A DNA stretch of 63,527 bases, counting the filler, from Licmophora abbreviata (Eukaryota): assembly GCA_900291995.1 (NCBI GenBank). It is 10 parts of 10 records of this genome, joined end to end, with 100 filler letters (N's around TTAATTAATTAA, not from the genome) between each part and the next. Parts side by side here need not be neighbours in the genome. Positions count along the whole stretch, not along the records: positions 35,724 to 50,556 come from OLMU01004095.1; 9 more parts are not named here. One strand, given 5' to 3'. The position numbers were made by a program, and so were the translations under genes. Of the stretch, positions 36,566 through 50,466 are shown piece after piece (positions within the stretch are counted from its first letter, which is position 1; every line of letters starts with the position of its first letter). Below the pieces are notes generated by a model. The model was not told the DNA's origin. It made no database searches and was given only the letters and a program-made list of their open reading frames with translations.

Positions 36566-39361
36566 CTAGAGCAGCCATGACGGTGTCGATCCGTCCAGCG
36601 ATCGGAACGAGCCTTCCAAAGACCGCAGTTCATCTTCATCACTGTCACCATCGTCAAGCGCATCAATTTCCTGGGACGGGCGACGAAGCAGTAGGTTCAA
36701 CAAGACGTTCGACTCCTCTTCGCTACTCGTGTTCAAGATAAACTTGCGTTTCGCATTCTTCGATAGCACTTCGGTGGCTAGCTCAACATGCCTGGGCTCA
36801 CTTGTGCTCTTGGTGACCTCGGCGTTTACCAGATTCACTGACTCAGACGGTATGAGCGACTCCAGTAGCTTCTCTCGTCGTACCTTGAACTCGTCACCCT
36901 GAACTGATGGAATTTCGTAGGACGGCAGCAACTTGTCGTAGGCATCTTCTGGCATGGAGTCCATATCCAGATCTGGAAATGCCGAAAGGTCGAAGAAATG
37001 AAGATAGTAGTCGGCTGTAAGCACGGCCAACGAAAGTCGCCAAGCTCCACCAGGCATGGCACCAGATCTTCGCTGAATCACCAGGGCATGTCGCAACAAC
37101 ATACTATGGAACGCTTCGCCGGCAAGCCCTTGTGCGTTCAAGTCATCAACAGCCTTCATGCGCGATCGATTGAGAATCGATGATCGATGGTTATGGTCCT
37201 GCTTAAGGACTAGTCGAGACCGAATGGTAATGGAATCTTCAATCGTTTGCTCCATTGCATTACGGTCGACCCGCAGAGCAATTAAATCATCCAGCACGCC
37301 CTGTGGTGTGGCGGGGAGACCCAAGAACATGCGACGCTCGCGAGGAAAGTAGTCCATAAGGAGAGAATGCAACTTTACATTGCGCTCCAATTCCATATCC
37401 TTTACGGCCTCGTGCATCTGTGAGAGTAGGCGCAAACACGTCTCCCACACCTTGGCTTCGTGTCGTGCGGCGGCTCGATACAAGAGTTCCAACACCCAGA
37501 CGTCTTTGATTTTATCAATCTTGCGGAGCAGCCCCGCTACGGGTGAAGTGGGCAGCATCGTTGGAGATGGGGAAGCAGAGATAATGGAGGACGATGGTGA
37601 CATCGGTGACAAGGGCATTGTGAGAGAGAGGTGAGCTTTTCGTAAGAAGCCAAGAGGATTCAGACCAGATGTGTCGGAGAGGGGTGACAAGGTAGACTCG
37701 GTAGCACCTTCTTCGCTAGTCTTTGTTTCTGACGAAGGCGAGGCCATGATTTCATCCATCGGCGTTGGCTCAAGCAGTGCATTGAGGCGTTCTTCCGCAG
37801 AGGCTTTCGACTGCAGGATATCTATCGAGACTTGCTCCTCTTTTTTCGGGCTTGTCGGCAGAATGATGCCTTCATCAAACACCTCTGGCTGTTTCGCCTC
37901 AGGACCAGCGTTGGTGTGAAGTGCAGCTGCAAGGTTTGGGAAAGAAGAACATTAGAAAAATGGATAACAAAGGAATGTCAATGTTACGAAGCCACGGAAA
38001 GCAAACATACCCCATGCGATCTGGACGTCACGCTCAGCTTCCTGCATTTCACGAAGCAATGACGCGCCCATTGTATCGATCCCGCGCACTTCTACTCGAA
38101 GATCTTGCCGAAATGTCGTCAGGTCCCGGCCGACTTCTTCTGTTCCATACCGAGCGTTCGTGGCAAACTTGTCGGATAGCTTGGAATGCGCCTGGTTGAT
38201 GGATGTCAGCAACGTCTTCTTCAGATCTCGTTCAATCAAATGATCGGCGGCAGGATTCGGATCAATATCAATGGCATTGTCGAGTCTGCTACGTTCTTGC
38301 AAGAGCCGATTCTGTCGTCGAGGATCCGTGACCTCATCCCCGTTGTCGTCTATGAAACAGTCAAAGTGTGTCGCATACATGGCATCCGAAAAGGCTTGGT
38401 TCGCCAAGGCAGCTCCATTCACAAGTCGTTCCGCACGTGCCACATCCTGAATTCCTTCTTCCAGCATCAGTATCGCCCCTCTCCACTGCTGACTCGTTCG
38501 TTCAAAGACAATGTCAAAGTCATCTCTTCGATCTAATTCGAACGTATGCAGCAACGCATGTTGCTCTGCCCTCACTTCGAGAGCTGCCGGCGGTCTCATC
38601 TTACTCGTGTCCTTGTCTAGCTGAAGTGGCACAATGATCTGCTCCACCTTTTCACCGGCAGCAGCCCGCTTCTTGGCTGCCTTTGCTTCCTTTTTCTTCC
38701 GAATGGCCTTGTCCCAGTCGGCAGCCGACTGTCCCGATGCAGGCATGGCAAACTCAGCGACCATACGCTTGGCCTTGACGAGACGTTTCAGATCCTTCTT
38801 GGCCCGCTTGATGCTATACTGAGGTGCGAAAATGTACTCACCCGTAGGATTACCTTCCTCATCCAGTACCTTATCTTCTTCGGGCAAATTCATTTCCAAA
38901 TGCATCATTTCTTCTTCTGTAATAGTTTTGGGAATCAAATCGCGGGATCGCATGCGCTTGGTCGTCGACAGGTTCGAGGCCGCGCGCAATACCACAGTCG
39001 GATGAAAGTGGTGAAGCGCGATATCGTTGCATCCGAGAATATCCAGTTCGGTGTGCGACTCCCCCGTATCCCGTCTCTTTCGTCGCTGCAAGTGCCGTAT
39101 ATAGGCCGATCGCTGCAAGTTGACTTCCTCTTCTTCCGGCGTTTGAGGGTCCGGCGTGAATTTGGGGAGTTTCGTGTAGCCCCGTCGGGGGTCCTGCAGC
39201 AAATGAAAGGCGGCGGCCACGCCCATGCACAGCTCGCCATTGCCACATAAACATTGCTTCCCGTACTTTTGTTTAGATTTTGGAATAGACGAGGATGACG
39301 TCGATGTCGTGTTGCTGCTGACTGACGACTCATCGGTCGTAGGACCGGTAGTGCTGACCAT
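36566..39361 (-). CDS. BAR-like coiled coil + PH-domain protein (Slm1-like) with N-terminal Cys/His domain
   Basis: Intron 37927-38010; PH-like W...LAVLTADYYLHFF; paralogous to 45981-48098. Confidence 0.65.
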
Positions 39362-39782
39362 TATGCCAAAAACAAGTTTGTACTGATGATTCTGAGATGA
39401 GACTGAAAAAAAACAATCAGTGACAGACGACACGGGCTCTGGAGTCTTTTGCAGTTCAGTGTACGCGAGAAGAGAAGCACAAATATGAATTGTCAAGCCA
39501 ATGAGGTCCGACACACGGCCATATCTTCATCATCATTGCGTCCGACTAAACACAATGGGATAGCCTCTCAAACGTCTTGCATGCGCCTCCCTCCAAATTT
39601 CACGATTTGGATTCCTCCGACTCCGATTCTTAAGAGATATATTTAGACATTAATACCGTTTAATGATCACTATACAGTGACGTCAGTCCGGCAAACTAAA
39701 CATCCGGCTCAAATCCGCGAGCGATATCTTGTCATGAGATGCCCCCTCGATGGGAAGCTGTTTGCCACATTAAAACGTGACC

Positions 39783-41191
39783 ATGACCTTCCGAAACATC
39801 CTGATCGCCGTTGGGATTGGTATCGCCCTGCAGAAGGGAATTCCACTGCCAAATGGACCTGCGGTGCCAGTTCCTGAAGAGCTGCGACCGATGCACAGTG
39901 ACATTGACGAGACCAATGACACTCTCATGCACAAGCGTACGTCATGCACAAAATAAGCCCTGTGGATGAATTCATGAAGGCCGTCCTCTCACTCTTTCTT
40001 CCACAACATCGTACATTCTTCATCCTCAGACGGAAAGCTGTCCAAGATATACGAACGCATTGAGAAAGACCAAGAACCGCTCATGAACGGACCCGAAACG
40101 GTTTTGTTTGACAAAGACGGCCAAATGTACTTCTTGTCGGAAGAGAGCAAGCTTGTGAAATTGGACGACTTTCATCGCGAATCGGAGTATAAAGTCACTG
40201 CCAGAGCCACCGAAGTGCTTCATCTCGGTTTCGGTCGTCCACTAGGCGGAAAATTTGCCCCGGATGGCACCTTGTATATCGCCGATGCCCATCTCGGTCT
40301 TTTGCGTGTGCGTGATGTATCCGATCCACGTACGAAGGTAGAATTAGTTGCGTCGCGTGTCAAGGACACCAACGGCAATTGGTCTCAGATACTCTATTGT
40401 GATGATCTGGCGATCGGTCCAAAGTCGGGTCGCGTCTACTTTTCTGACGCGTCCGATGTGGCTCCGGATCGTGTCGGTACGCGCACGTATGACACATTGT
40501 ATGGGTCCAAAATTGACTTTGTGCGAGGTAGACCCAGCGGACGGCTATTAATGTATGATCCAAAGACAGACGAAGTCAGTATTCTTGTATCAGACTTGTG
40601 GTTTGCCAATGGTGTGGCGGTCGACAAGGACGAGACGTTCGTCATGGTGGCGGAGACATTTCGGACGCGAGCTGTCAAGTATCATTTGAAAGGGGCAAAG
40701 AAGGGCCAACTCGAGGTTATGAATCCGGAGGAACCATTCACGGGATATCCGGATGGCGCTGATTGCTCCTGGACTACAGGACTGTGCTACACGCCGTTGC
40801 CGTCCGCGGGACTGAAGCTCATGAAGATCGTCAGTGGACTGAGTGACCCTATAAGTGTTACCATTCGGAACTTGCTCATGGCTATCCCTCGGTGGATGGC
40901 GCCCAAAGTGGTAAAGTATGGCGGTGTCATGGAAATCTTCCCGGGAAACGATAAGGTTGACCCTCAAGTTATCCGTACGTGTTCAGTGTGTCATGGATTT
41001 GTGCGATGCGCTTCATCGTCGCTGTTATACTCAAACGGATAGAGTCTCTCTCTCTCACTCGGTTGGCAGGCTTGATCCAGGATCCGTACGGAACCGATAT
41101 TGGAATGCTTACAGGAACTACGGTGCACAAAGACAAACTTTACTTGGGTTCGTTGCAGAACGATTTCATTGGAGTCTATGATCTGGCGTAG
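39783..41191 (+). CDS. Strictosidine synthase-like / APMAP-like protein, 3 exons
   Basis: GPE, GRPLG, YIADA..GL, VYFSDAS, GRLL.YDP, LWFANGVAV, GYPDG, LYLGSL; N-terminal hydrophobic anchor. Confidence 0.9.
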
Positions 41192-41274
41192 TTTGGCCAA
41201 TATGATAGAGGAGCAAGCGCATCTTGTTCAACAAACTCGGACTTAAGCTACAGAAAATCATTGGTACTTACTAG

Positions 41275-44200
41275 CTAGGCATCATGCTCAGACTCTATTT
41301 TCTCTGCTGTTTTTCGACTTCTGCGTCCGAGGAGTTGGCTACTCTGCTTCTGCTTTACGGTGGACGATGGTCGATCGACCTCTGACAGCTTCTTTGGGGG
41401 ACTGGCCTTGGTCGGAATAGAACTATCGCCTCCCCCGACTTGCTTGGCAATACGTACAATGTCCACGGCACTGGGTTCCAATACATGTTTGTAACACGCC
41501 ATACTGAGCTTCTCCCAGCGACCGAACCATTCGTAGATAACCTTAACGAGCGCCTTCCAGGCAATTGGAAGAAGCCCACCCTCTTCGGACAAGTGCTTCT
41601 CCATTCGACCGTAGATGATCGTTATCTTCTCTTTCATTACTTCCCTGTTGGACTCTTTCTGCAAAGTCTTCACGAAAGTCGCCCGGGGCACATGAATTGG
41701 AACATCCTTGTCACCTACGTCTCGTCGAACTCGAGAAATCTGTGAGAACAACGCATGCAGAGGCTTGAACTCGCGTTTGATCATCCAACCAAGGTACGCA
41801 TCTGTACTCTGTTTGCAAGAAGAACTGGCTCGCAACAGCTGCCTCTGGAACAGTGCCTGCATCTCGGGACCGCGTTCTTTGATCTTTTGCGTAAAGAAAT
41901 AAGTGTTTTCCATACGCATCACGTTGGCGGCGTACTGTTGATCTGTCGACTCTCGCTCTGAGCACACTCGCAAACTTTCGAGCATGGCGTTGGTCATTTT
42001 CTGGAGGTAGTAGCTCACGACTTGGATCTTAGACAAGTTCGGGGTATAGTGCTCGGATTTGCCTTCCTGACAACACATGAGAATATGATCAAGATATGCG
42101 GGGAAGCGCGAGAAGCTCATGAAGATACCAGCCCGCTTTCCGGTAACGGGAACACCTGGATTTGATTTGATCCAGTCAATCTGTTCTTCCACCCACGCGA
42201 CCCACTGCTTGTCAACTTTCTTTCGCAAGGCGAGTACCGTCGCACGCACGTACGCGAGAGACAGAGACTGATCACCGCCCTTCTTGTCTCGGTCGACATA
42301 TTGGTCCATCGCTTCATTTAGATGAATGGACGCGACAAGCGACAACATTGGATCTCCTCGTAGCGAACGACCCACCAGCTCTGCCTCTCCGTCCAAGATG
42401 CCGCACGTTCGCTGGATATAGTACCGAAAGTACTGCGTCGAATTATCCACAGCCTTCTTGGCGGCCTCGAAATTGCGCTTCTTCTCGCGGCCGTCCACCG
42501 ATTGGCCACTTAAACCAAACAGGGCCGCCGTAAAATAAGCTTCGCGTGCAATCTGCGGGCAAAGCAGCAGATGGGGCAATAGTGAGTCAGAATTTCGTCC
42601 TTGCCATCACAGTCTACTTGCAGTAGTTTTACTCACCACGGGAAGCATCTCATTCAGTGCATTTGAAACATCCGGTGCGTGAACCAGCTTTTCCCCTTCA
42701 ACGTCGCCATGTGGGCTATAATCCTGCAACTCCTTTGACGACAGGTTGAGGTATGCGCTGTTCTTCCCTGGAAGAGCCTGGAAGTAACCCTTCATGCGTT
42801 TCTTCATCATGATACCTTCTGCGACCATCTCAGAGTACGCGTCTCGAATAGCAGGAATCAGTGAAGGCTTCAGCACCGATAGAATTTCAATGAGCTTCAT
42901 GTATCCAAGCAATGCCGATTGAAACTTTCGCTGCGTCTGCGAATATGAACCAGGGTGGGAAATGAGAATGGCGCTCAGAACAAGGTGAAGCAGCGCAAAG
43001 TTTGTCCCATTGATAACTTACATCTCGAATCTTTTTGGCAATCATGCCATGCGTATCGTGCTTTGACACCTTGCCATTGTCCGACGCCACAACAACAACG
43101 GTCTTCATCTGCTCCATGACAGTCACAATAATCTGTGAGAGTGCGGTGCAGAACTGGTCAGCGGTGGTATTGAGCCCCTCCACGCGCTCGCCAACTGCCA
43201 TCAGATGGACCCCGCCGGCTTGTCGGGCGCTGTCGATCGCATCCTTGAGCGTCTCTCCAGCTTCATAGATTTTATCTACTCCCCGCTCACTCTTCTCTAC
43301 GTCAAGTTCTCCCACCGAGCTGTAAACCAAAGCAGACGCGGGGTTTTTGAGAACCTTCTCAGAGCTCCGGTCCACGTCCACTCCCTGGAGCAGACGTCTC
43401 AGTTCGACTCCCAACATGTCGTACGATTTCCACTGCTGCTCAAGTTGGCGATTTTCCTCCTCAATGTCGCGACAGTCATCTGTCAGCGGTTTGATGACAG
43501 CAGCTCGGTCATCAAGCCAATCTTCCATTTCACACAATTCTTTGTCGAGCAAATCCAGCGTGTTGAACAGCGCCGACAGCGACAAGGCGTCCACCGTTGT
43601 GTCCCAGTTGTCACTGGCCGATTGTCCCATCAAACTGTAATGCTTCTCGTCCTCCCATGCAATCAATCGACGACACGTTTCTGCCTCGAGGTCTCGCATG
43701 CGCTGTTGAAGCAATTCCCCGAGCTTTTGGATATTTTCGTCTTGGTCGTCTTGCGGCATTGCCATAGTTATTGCGTTCAGAACTTCTTCTGCGTCCGCCT
43801 TTTGTTCCACCGACGTGAACAAGGCGACCCGTGTTGTGTAGTTGCCCATGAGAAAGTCATAGGCAAGATCCTTGTCCTCGGCTTGTTTCGATTCTTCGTC
43901 TTCGCGTTTGTAAATATCACGCTGGCGATCAAGTAAGGCACACAGAGTCGGACTGTCCCGCAAGAAGCCATGCACCTGAGCAACGTACTGCAACTCGGCA
44001 CGATCCAGATTGCGCACTTGAAGCGGCTGTTGAATCGTAGTGGGCTGACGACTATTCTGCAGCTGCTGCACTGCCTTCATGTTGCGCTCCAATACCGACT
44101 GACACAGCATGGCTTGTATCTGCAACAGGCTCCACAAGAACTGCTCTTGACGCATGCCTGCAGAGCTACCCTTGTCGGGGGGAGCAGCGCTGTCGTCATC

Positions 44201-45424
44201 GTTCCCGACGAATTCATCCGCAAAATCCAACCACACGGAATCACCACCTTGAAAGATCAACTGGACCATATTGTTGGCACTGTTCTGAATAGTCCTCAAT
44301 TTTTCAAGCGAAATGAGCTTTCGAATATCGGGGTTTGTCCCATCTTGCTGCAACACCATGCACACCAAGACTGGAAAAGACGAGACTTCAGACAACTCGG
44401 TCTTGCTGGGACTGTCCGACATGGACATGGCGAGCTCCGCATTGTCTCCTGGCATACCTGAGACGGGTTCATCCTCTGAAGCAGAGTGACTGAACATGTT
44501 ATCGTAGTCATCCATTAAGCCGTCGTCTTCATGTTCGTCGAAACTACCATCGACATCCTGCGAAGATCCTTTCACGTTCTCGCCGTTTCCGATACTTGAC
44601 TTGGACAGAGGACGATTAGTAGATCTGACGACGAAGACGTATCGCAATTTGTGATGGCGACTCATTTTGAGTTTGGAGGTGGCCGTGCCCCACAAACCTA
44701 AAGTGCGCTTATGTTTGGCGTACAGGGATGGATCCTGCAAGGCCGACGATGCCACTGGCTCGGCATTCTTGGTGAGTTCAAAGGACTTGCAACGCATACT
44801 CAGCAAGCACTCTTGCGTCAACTGAGGCACAGATGGGCGTACTTTATCAGGGCTAGCCGTGACGAGATCTCCACCAATGCTCTTCATGTCGACAGCCAGA
44901 GGCGGGACGACGTACTGAGCGACGTACTTGCCAACATGGGGTTCATTCTCCGGCTGTGCCACCGGCGGGATGGAAGCTCCGGCAGCATTACTGTTTCGTC
45001 GAGAGGATGACTCGACACCGCCGGTCTTTCCACCGACATCATCCTCCTCTTCGTCTGCTTGGTCGTGAAGAATGCGATTTAGTCTTGCTGTTCCGTCGGA
45101 AGTGGCAATCTGCTGTGCCTTGACAGTGGACGAAATACGGTTTGGCTTGTTGGTCGACTTTTTTGCGGTAACAGGCTTCTCATTTCCTTTCGCAGTGCCA
45201 CTCGGTTTTGGAGCAGGCGATGCGAATGTATCAGGTTGTGTGGACCGACGTGATTCCTCTTCCTCTTTGCTGCGGCGAGCTTCAATGCTGCCCATGTCCC
45301 AGTGCTCTCCGCCGGTAGTCGGCGAGCTGGACGAACTGGCGAGACGTGAGTCCCTGAGTTCATCTTTCGAAGGCGAACCTTTGTCAGTCTGTTGTTTACT
45401 ACTCTTACGACCTAATCCAAACAT
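41275..45424 (-). CDS. SEC3: Exocyst subunit Sec3/EXOC1, 3 exons
   Basis: Coiled coil LD.ELCEMEDWL...IEEEN..LEQQ...Y..L..EL..LL and C-terminal MENTYFF/MEKHL helical domain. Three long ORFs joined by GT-AG introns. Confidence 0.75.
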
Positions 45425-45980
45425 AATTTAGACTGTATCGAGAGGTCAACGGCAGCAACGGACGAGTCAATGTGACAGCAATGGCTTTGTCTTCACTTCT
45501 TGGCAAGCTTTACTTCGTGCTTCCCAAGATTTGTTCCAAATTTTGGTTTTTACGTAGACGTCAGTAGAAAGTTACGTAAATTGCATTTCGGGAAGGCAGG
45601 ACCCGGAGATTGATGCAGATGTCGAAGTTGTGTGTGCTGTCCCAATGGCAGAGTGGACACCACCGTATCCATCACAGTCCCCGTGCATTTCCTCCGACCC
45701 GATGATGGTCCATTGCAACCGATTGAGAGTTGAGAATGCATGGTTTCTCATAGAGAAGGCATCGATTACTAGTCTGTATAGCTCCCACAGGAAAGCCTTG
45801 CTTGAGAAATTCTCTTCACGAACCAATGCGACTACCTACCAATCCGAAAGAGCATGTAGAGCAGCACTCATTCTTGTCGGGCCATAAGTATCTTTCGGGG
45901 TGATCCACCCAATGTTGCGTAGAGTCCATGATCGCTCAGTGAAAGCTTCTCTCTCTAGTAACGTACTTGCTGTGCTCTTT

Positions 45981-48098
45981 CTAACTATTTTCCGTCTTCG
46001 ACTCGGGCGGTTTTGGATACTTTTGCGACTTGAGTGCGACAATCCAATCCTCTGTCTCCTTGCTCGTCACGGTCCGCAGCATCAAGCGTCGAGTGGTAGT
46101 CTTCTTTCCTAACATCTTCTTCGCCCCACTCGAAAGCGTACGTTCAGTAATCTCAAAGGCCGAGCCATGCGGATCGTTCAACCCCGTCGTAATGGCACAG
46201 TTCGCCAAGGACAACGACTCGCTCGGGACCAACCAATCGCACCACCCCTTGACAAAGTTAATTCTGCCTGACTTTATGGTTTCGGCTGTCGGCACTTGAA
46301 CACTAGGAATCATGGCTTGGAACGCTACTTCTGGGGCACTTCCATTGTGAACACGGGAGGATGGCGGTAGCTCAAACAAGTGCAAGTAGGCGTCTGCGGT
46401 AACGACAGCCAAAGTCGTTCTCCAACCACTCATCATTCCACTACCCTTCTTTTCAATCACCTTGGCCTTGCACAAGAGCTCGCTCATGAGTGGCGATTCC
46501 AGCGTAAAGTTACCCTTCTCTTCTATTTCCTTGGTAACGGTAGTGGGCAAGCCAGACCCCCGTTTCCTGGCAGGCTTCATCTTGGCCTCTTCTCTCTGCA
46601 CCGTTTCAGCTCGTTTCCGAATGGTCGCTTGCACCTTCTCTTCAATCGAGTTCCGATCCATATCACGCCCGACCAAGTCTCGCAACACAGGAGTGTAGAC
46701 TTCCGGTAGAGCATGATAGAGACGTTCCTGACGTTGCACAAAGGCCACAAGATACTCCCGGAGATCCACACGGCGCTTGCATTCCGTATCCTTCATGGTA
46801 GCAAAGAGTGTCGACAGTTCCGTCGATCCTTTATCCCAAGCTGCCGATTGATAGGCCACAGAGACGCGATAGTGCATCTCGACGACCCACACATCTCGAC
46901 ACTGATCGAGATCGGATGCTGACGTGGGCGAGGATAGCTCTGAAGCACCTGCGGGACTGCGGCCAGTTCCTCCGACGACTCGGGAAGCCACGGTGAAATA
47001 GGTTTCTGGTATTGATGGTAGTAGTATGATTCACACTATAAGAGTGAGATTCAACAAATCGCAACACAAACGCGGCAATGCAGAATACTTCGAAAGTCCA
47101 AATAACGATTTCAACTCACCCCACGCCTTGGATACTTCCGTTTCGGTATGTTCCAATTCCGAAAGTATCGCATTGCCCAAATACTGAATTGAATCCACTT
47201 GCGTCGTCAGTTGCGTCTTGAGAGATCCAATTTCGCTGACAATTTCTTGTTCAAGATGTTTGGCATTTTCTCCAAACTTTTCCGAGAGGACCAACTGAGA
47301 GTCAATAAGCGTCGTCAGCATGTGCTGACGTTTGGTATCCTCCAAGGTCATCACGGGAGTAGTGTCGAATGCTGAAGTAGAATTCGAACCGTCTTTTGTT
47401 CCACTATTATTTCTTTGTTCCGTGAGTTTCGCCTGTCGCTTGGCATCCATCACGACATTGCCTTTGTCATCCAAGAATCCATCCTGATAGGACGCTTTCA
47501 TGGCATTGCTGTAGTGCAAGTGCGCTCGCGCCGTCCCCACGACCAACCGTTCCGCCCGTGCCGTTTCTTGCACCGACGCCTGCAAGAGATCCCGAAAGGA
47601 CCTCCAATACAAGCTAGAGGATTCGAGTTTCGCAGTATATGCCGATCGTCGTCGACTTTCAAAGGCACGGAGTCGTGCATGCATGTCGGCTCGCGAATGA
47701 TCGCTGATGGAACGGAAGGGTGGAGGAGGCTCGACAAAGGAAGTACGACGACGAGTCAACGACTGACGATGATTGGTGGAAGACGGGGAAGTGTTGTCGG
47801 ATGACGCTTCGTCGACAGCAGCAGCAGCGTCATCTGTGGTGGTATCTTCTTCGTCTACATCAGTCGTCTCTTCCAGAGGTGGCGCTGATTCCACTACCGC
47901 ATCGTCTTGACCGCTGGCTTGTGGAAATTCAGCGGGTGGAAAGTTGGTTTCAAAGGCAACATCCGTACCCTCCTCCCCGGCAGCATCATTTTCACCCATA
48001 GACGCATCTTTCGTACTGTCCTCCTCCTCTTGTGTGGGCGGTGGTGATGCAGCAGCCTCATCCGTCACTGTTGTCTCTTGTTCGTCGTTTTCACTCAT
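45981..48098 (-). CDS. BAR-like coiled coil + PH-domain protein (Slm1-like), paralog 2
   Basis: Intron 47006-47119 lies at the same AW-G position as in paralog 1; KG.GMMSGW...LAVVTADAYLHLF...EDWIVAL. Confidence 0.68.
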
Positions 48099-48585
48099 AC
48101 TGACGGTTTCACTCTATCAAGAACGGCTCTGTGGCAGCAACAACGACGAGGGACACCGCGGAGGCGAGGCAAAGGGCAATGCGGAGCCTGACACGGGGTC
48201 GCATTATCATTGATGCAGCTTTGGTCTCTCACACGGATGCATTTTTTCCGCGGCGGCGCACCTCTCTCCGTATACACTATCCATATTCGTATAAATATAA
48301 AATGACAATCACGTGTATACTCAACGCACAACCACGCCAGCCTGTCCACGCGGGTAGGATCTCACTTCCAATCACGAGCGAGCGCGTGGGGGCGTAAAAA
48401 GCTTCCACTCTTTTGTTGGCAAAACGCAACGGTCTCCGCTGTGTCTAGTCTTCGTCGTCGTTGGATGACGAACCACATCGTGTCGAAAACAGTCATTCCT
48501 ATCCTACTCCGCCTGTTTCGCTTTCCTTTCGATGCTCTCAGCAGCAGCAGAGCATCCATTAGTCTTCTCCTTGAGCTCGCTTTTC

Positions 48586-50070
48586 ATGAAGACCATGATG
48601 AGACATCGCAGCTATACTCATCAAACTAGTCAAAATCAAAACCAACAAAATCAAGAAGAGTCACTCGACGACGCCGACATGGCTGCTGGACTTTTGAATC
48701 CCACCGCTTCTACAGCTGCTGCTGCTTCTTCTTCTGTAAATACCACTACTTCTAGCAGTCATATGCTCAGTCAGACTATTTCGGCTGCGGTCCATCTCCC
48801 AGCCCCGCCCAAGAGCATGAACAGCATTCGCAGCGACTTGGAGTTCTTTGACGATCTCGTCAGTGAACCCGTCCTGGTCTTGGGCGTCGATATCAGTCAT
48901 CTCAGTCGGAACGGACAATTCCTCGTCTGCGCCAGTGGCGTCTTCATGTTTTCACTCCTCTACGGCTTTTTACAAGAACTCATCAGCGTACAGCTTTGCA
49001 ATCGGCAATTGGGACTGTTCCTTGCCGTGACACAATTCACGGGATACACGCTCTGGAGCTTCCTCTTGCGGACCTATGTCTACGAAAAGCATCAACGGCG
49101 ACGAAAACAGCACCAGTTCAAATCGCTCTTGCCTCACGGCAATAGCAGTCTGAATTCCAAAACGGCGGCGAAAGCGGTCGTGCCCTTTGCCATGTACTTG
49201 GGTCTCTCCTTACTTCGCGCCGTCGATTTGGGCATGACCAACATGGCAATGCAGTATATCAATTATCCCGCCAAGACGCTCATGAAGAGCAGTCGCGTCG
49301 TCTTTACCATGCTCTTTGGAGTTCTCGTGGCGCGGAAACGCTATCAGTGGCTGGATTATGTCGTGGTGTGTCTCATGGTGTCAGGCTTGGGCATATTCAT
49401 GCATGCCGATGCCAATTCCAGTGCTGTCTTTGATGCACTCGGGATTATCATGTTGACCATTTCACTCCTCTGTGATGGTGCCATTTCCAACATGAGTGAA
49501 GCGATTATGAATCAGTATGGAGTCGGACAAGATGAATTCATATTTCGCATGTACTCGATTGCGCTCGTGGCCATTACCGGGGCGGCAGTCATCAAGGGAG
49601 ACATGTACGAAGGAATTGTATTTTTGAGTCAACCCGGACGGTACGATGAGCTGCATCTCCCTCTCTCTGAACGCACGTGGAGCCTGGCATCCAAGATGCT
49701 CGTCATGGCCTTGTTTAGTACCATGGGGTTCTTTGGGAGTAGCTGTTCGGCCGCCATTACCAAGAACTTTGGAGCTCTCACCATGAGTATTACTTCCACG
49801 GCACGGAAAGCGACGACCTTGTTCTTGAGCTTTGCGCTGTTTGACAATGAATGTACAATGGAACATGTCGGTGGTATTGTATTGTTTGTGTCGGCGCTCA
49901 TGCTCAAGAGTTTACGCCGAGGTCTGTGCAACAAGACCAAGAAGCACTCGAGACATCGTACGTCGAGTCGATCTTCCATGTCAAGAGAATCGTCCAAGGG
50001 CGAACTCGAGCTACTGCTCGAGCCGTCACCACATCGGTTGTCCCATGACAAGCATGTGCATGTTGTATGA
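48586..50070 (+). CDS. SLC35B3: PAPS transporter 2 (SLC35B3-like, UAA family)
   Basis: LVLGVDISHL...QF..C..GVF...LLYG.LQELI, YINYP...LMKS, ARKATT..LSF; about 10 TM segments. Confidence 0.82.
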   Translation: MKTMMRHRSYTHQTSQNQNQQNQEESLDDADMAAGLLNPTASTAAAASSSVNTTTSSSHMLSQTISAAVHLPAPPKSMNSIRSDLEFFDDLVSEPVLVLGVDISHLSRNGQFLVCASGVFMFSLLYGFLQELISVQLCNRQLGLFLAVTQFTGYTLWSFLLRTYVYEKHQRRRKQHQFKSLLPHGNSSLNSKTAAKAVVPFAMYLGLSLLRAVDLGMTNMAMQYINYPAKTLMKSSRVVFTMLFGVLVARKRYQWLDYVVVCLMVSGLGIFMHADANSSAVFDALGIIMLTISLLCDGAISNMSEAIMNQYGVGQDEFIFRMYSIALVAITGAAVIKGDMYEGIVFLSQPGRYDELHLPLSERTWSLASKMLVMALFSTMGFFGSSCSAAITKNFGALTMSITSTARKATTLFLSFALFDNECTMEHVGGIVLFVSALMLKSLRRGLCNKTKKHSRHRTSSRSSMSRESSKGELELLLEPSPHRLSHDKHVHVV

Positions 50071-50466
50071 GGGCAAGTTTGATCTCGTAGAAGGAAAGCG
50101 TAGTTCGTGCAGTGACGGACAGATACCACATTGTCTTAAGAAGAAGATGATCCCATGACTCACCGGTAGTCTACTACAGAACTAAAGCAAACACAGTAAT
50201 CTCTAGCTAGGGTGGCGGTGATTGGAACGATATTGTATTTCTACTATCTTAGTCAAATGATTGCGCAATCATGGTGACGACAGACACGATGCTCTACCGC
50301 ACGAACCCACATTTGAAAGTTGGACACATCGTACTTCCATCATCGCTTTGTCCGAATGTATCCATCTTGGTTCCCAGCCAAAAGTTAAGGTTGAACATCG
50401 TGCTCGTGGCAGAGCGGCGTATCTTTTTGTCATCGCAAACAATCACAAAATACATCAAACCGAACC

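Noticed and set aside
737..50070. Sulfur gene cluster (sulfite oxidase + PAPS transporter)
   Set aside because: 46 kb apart with unrelated genes between.
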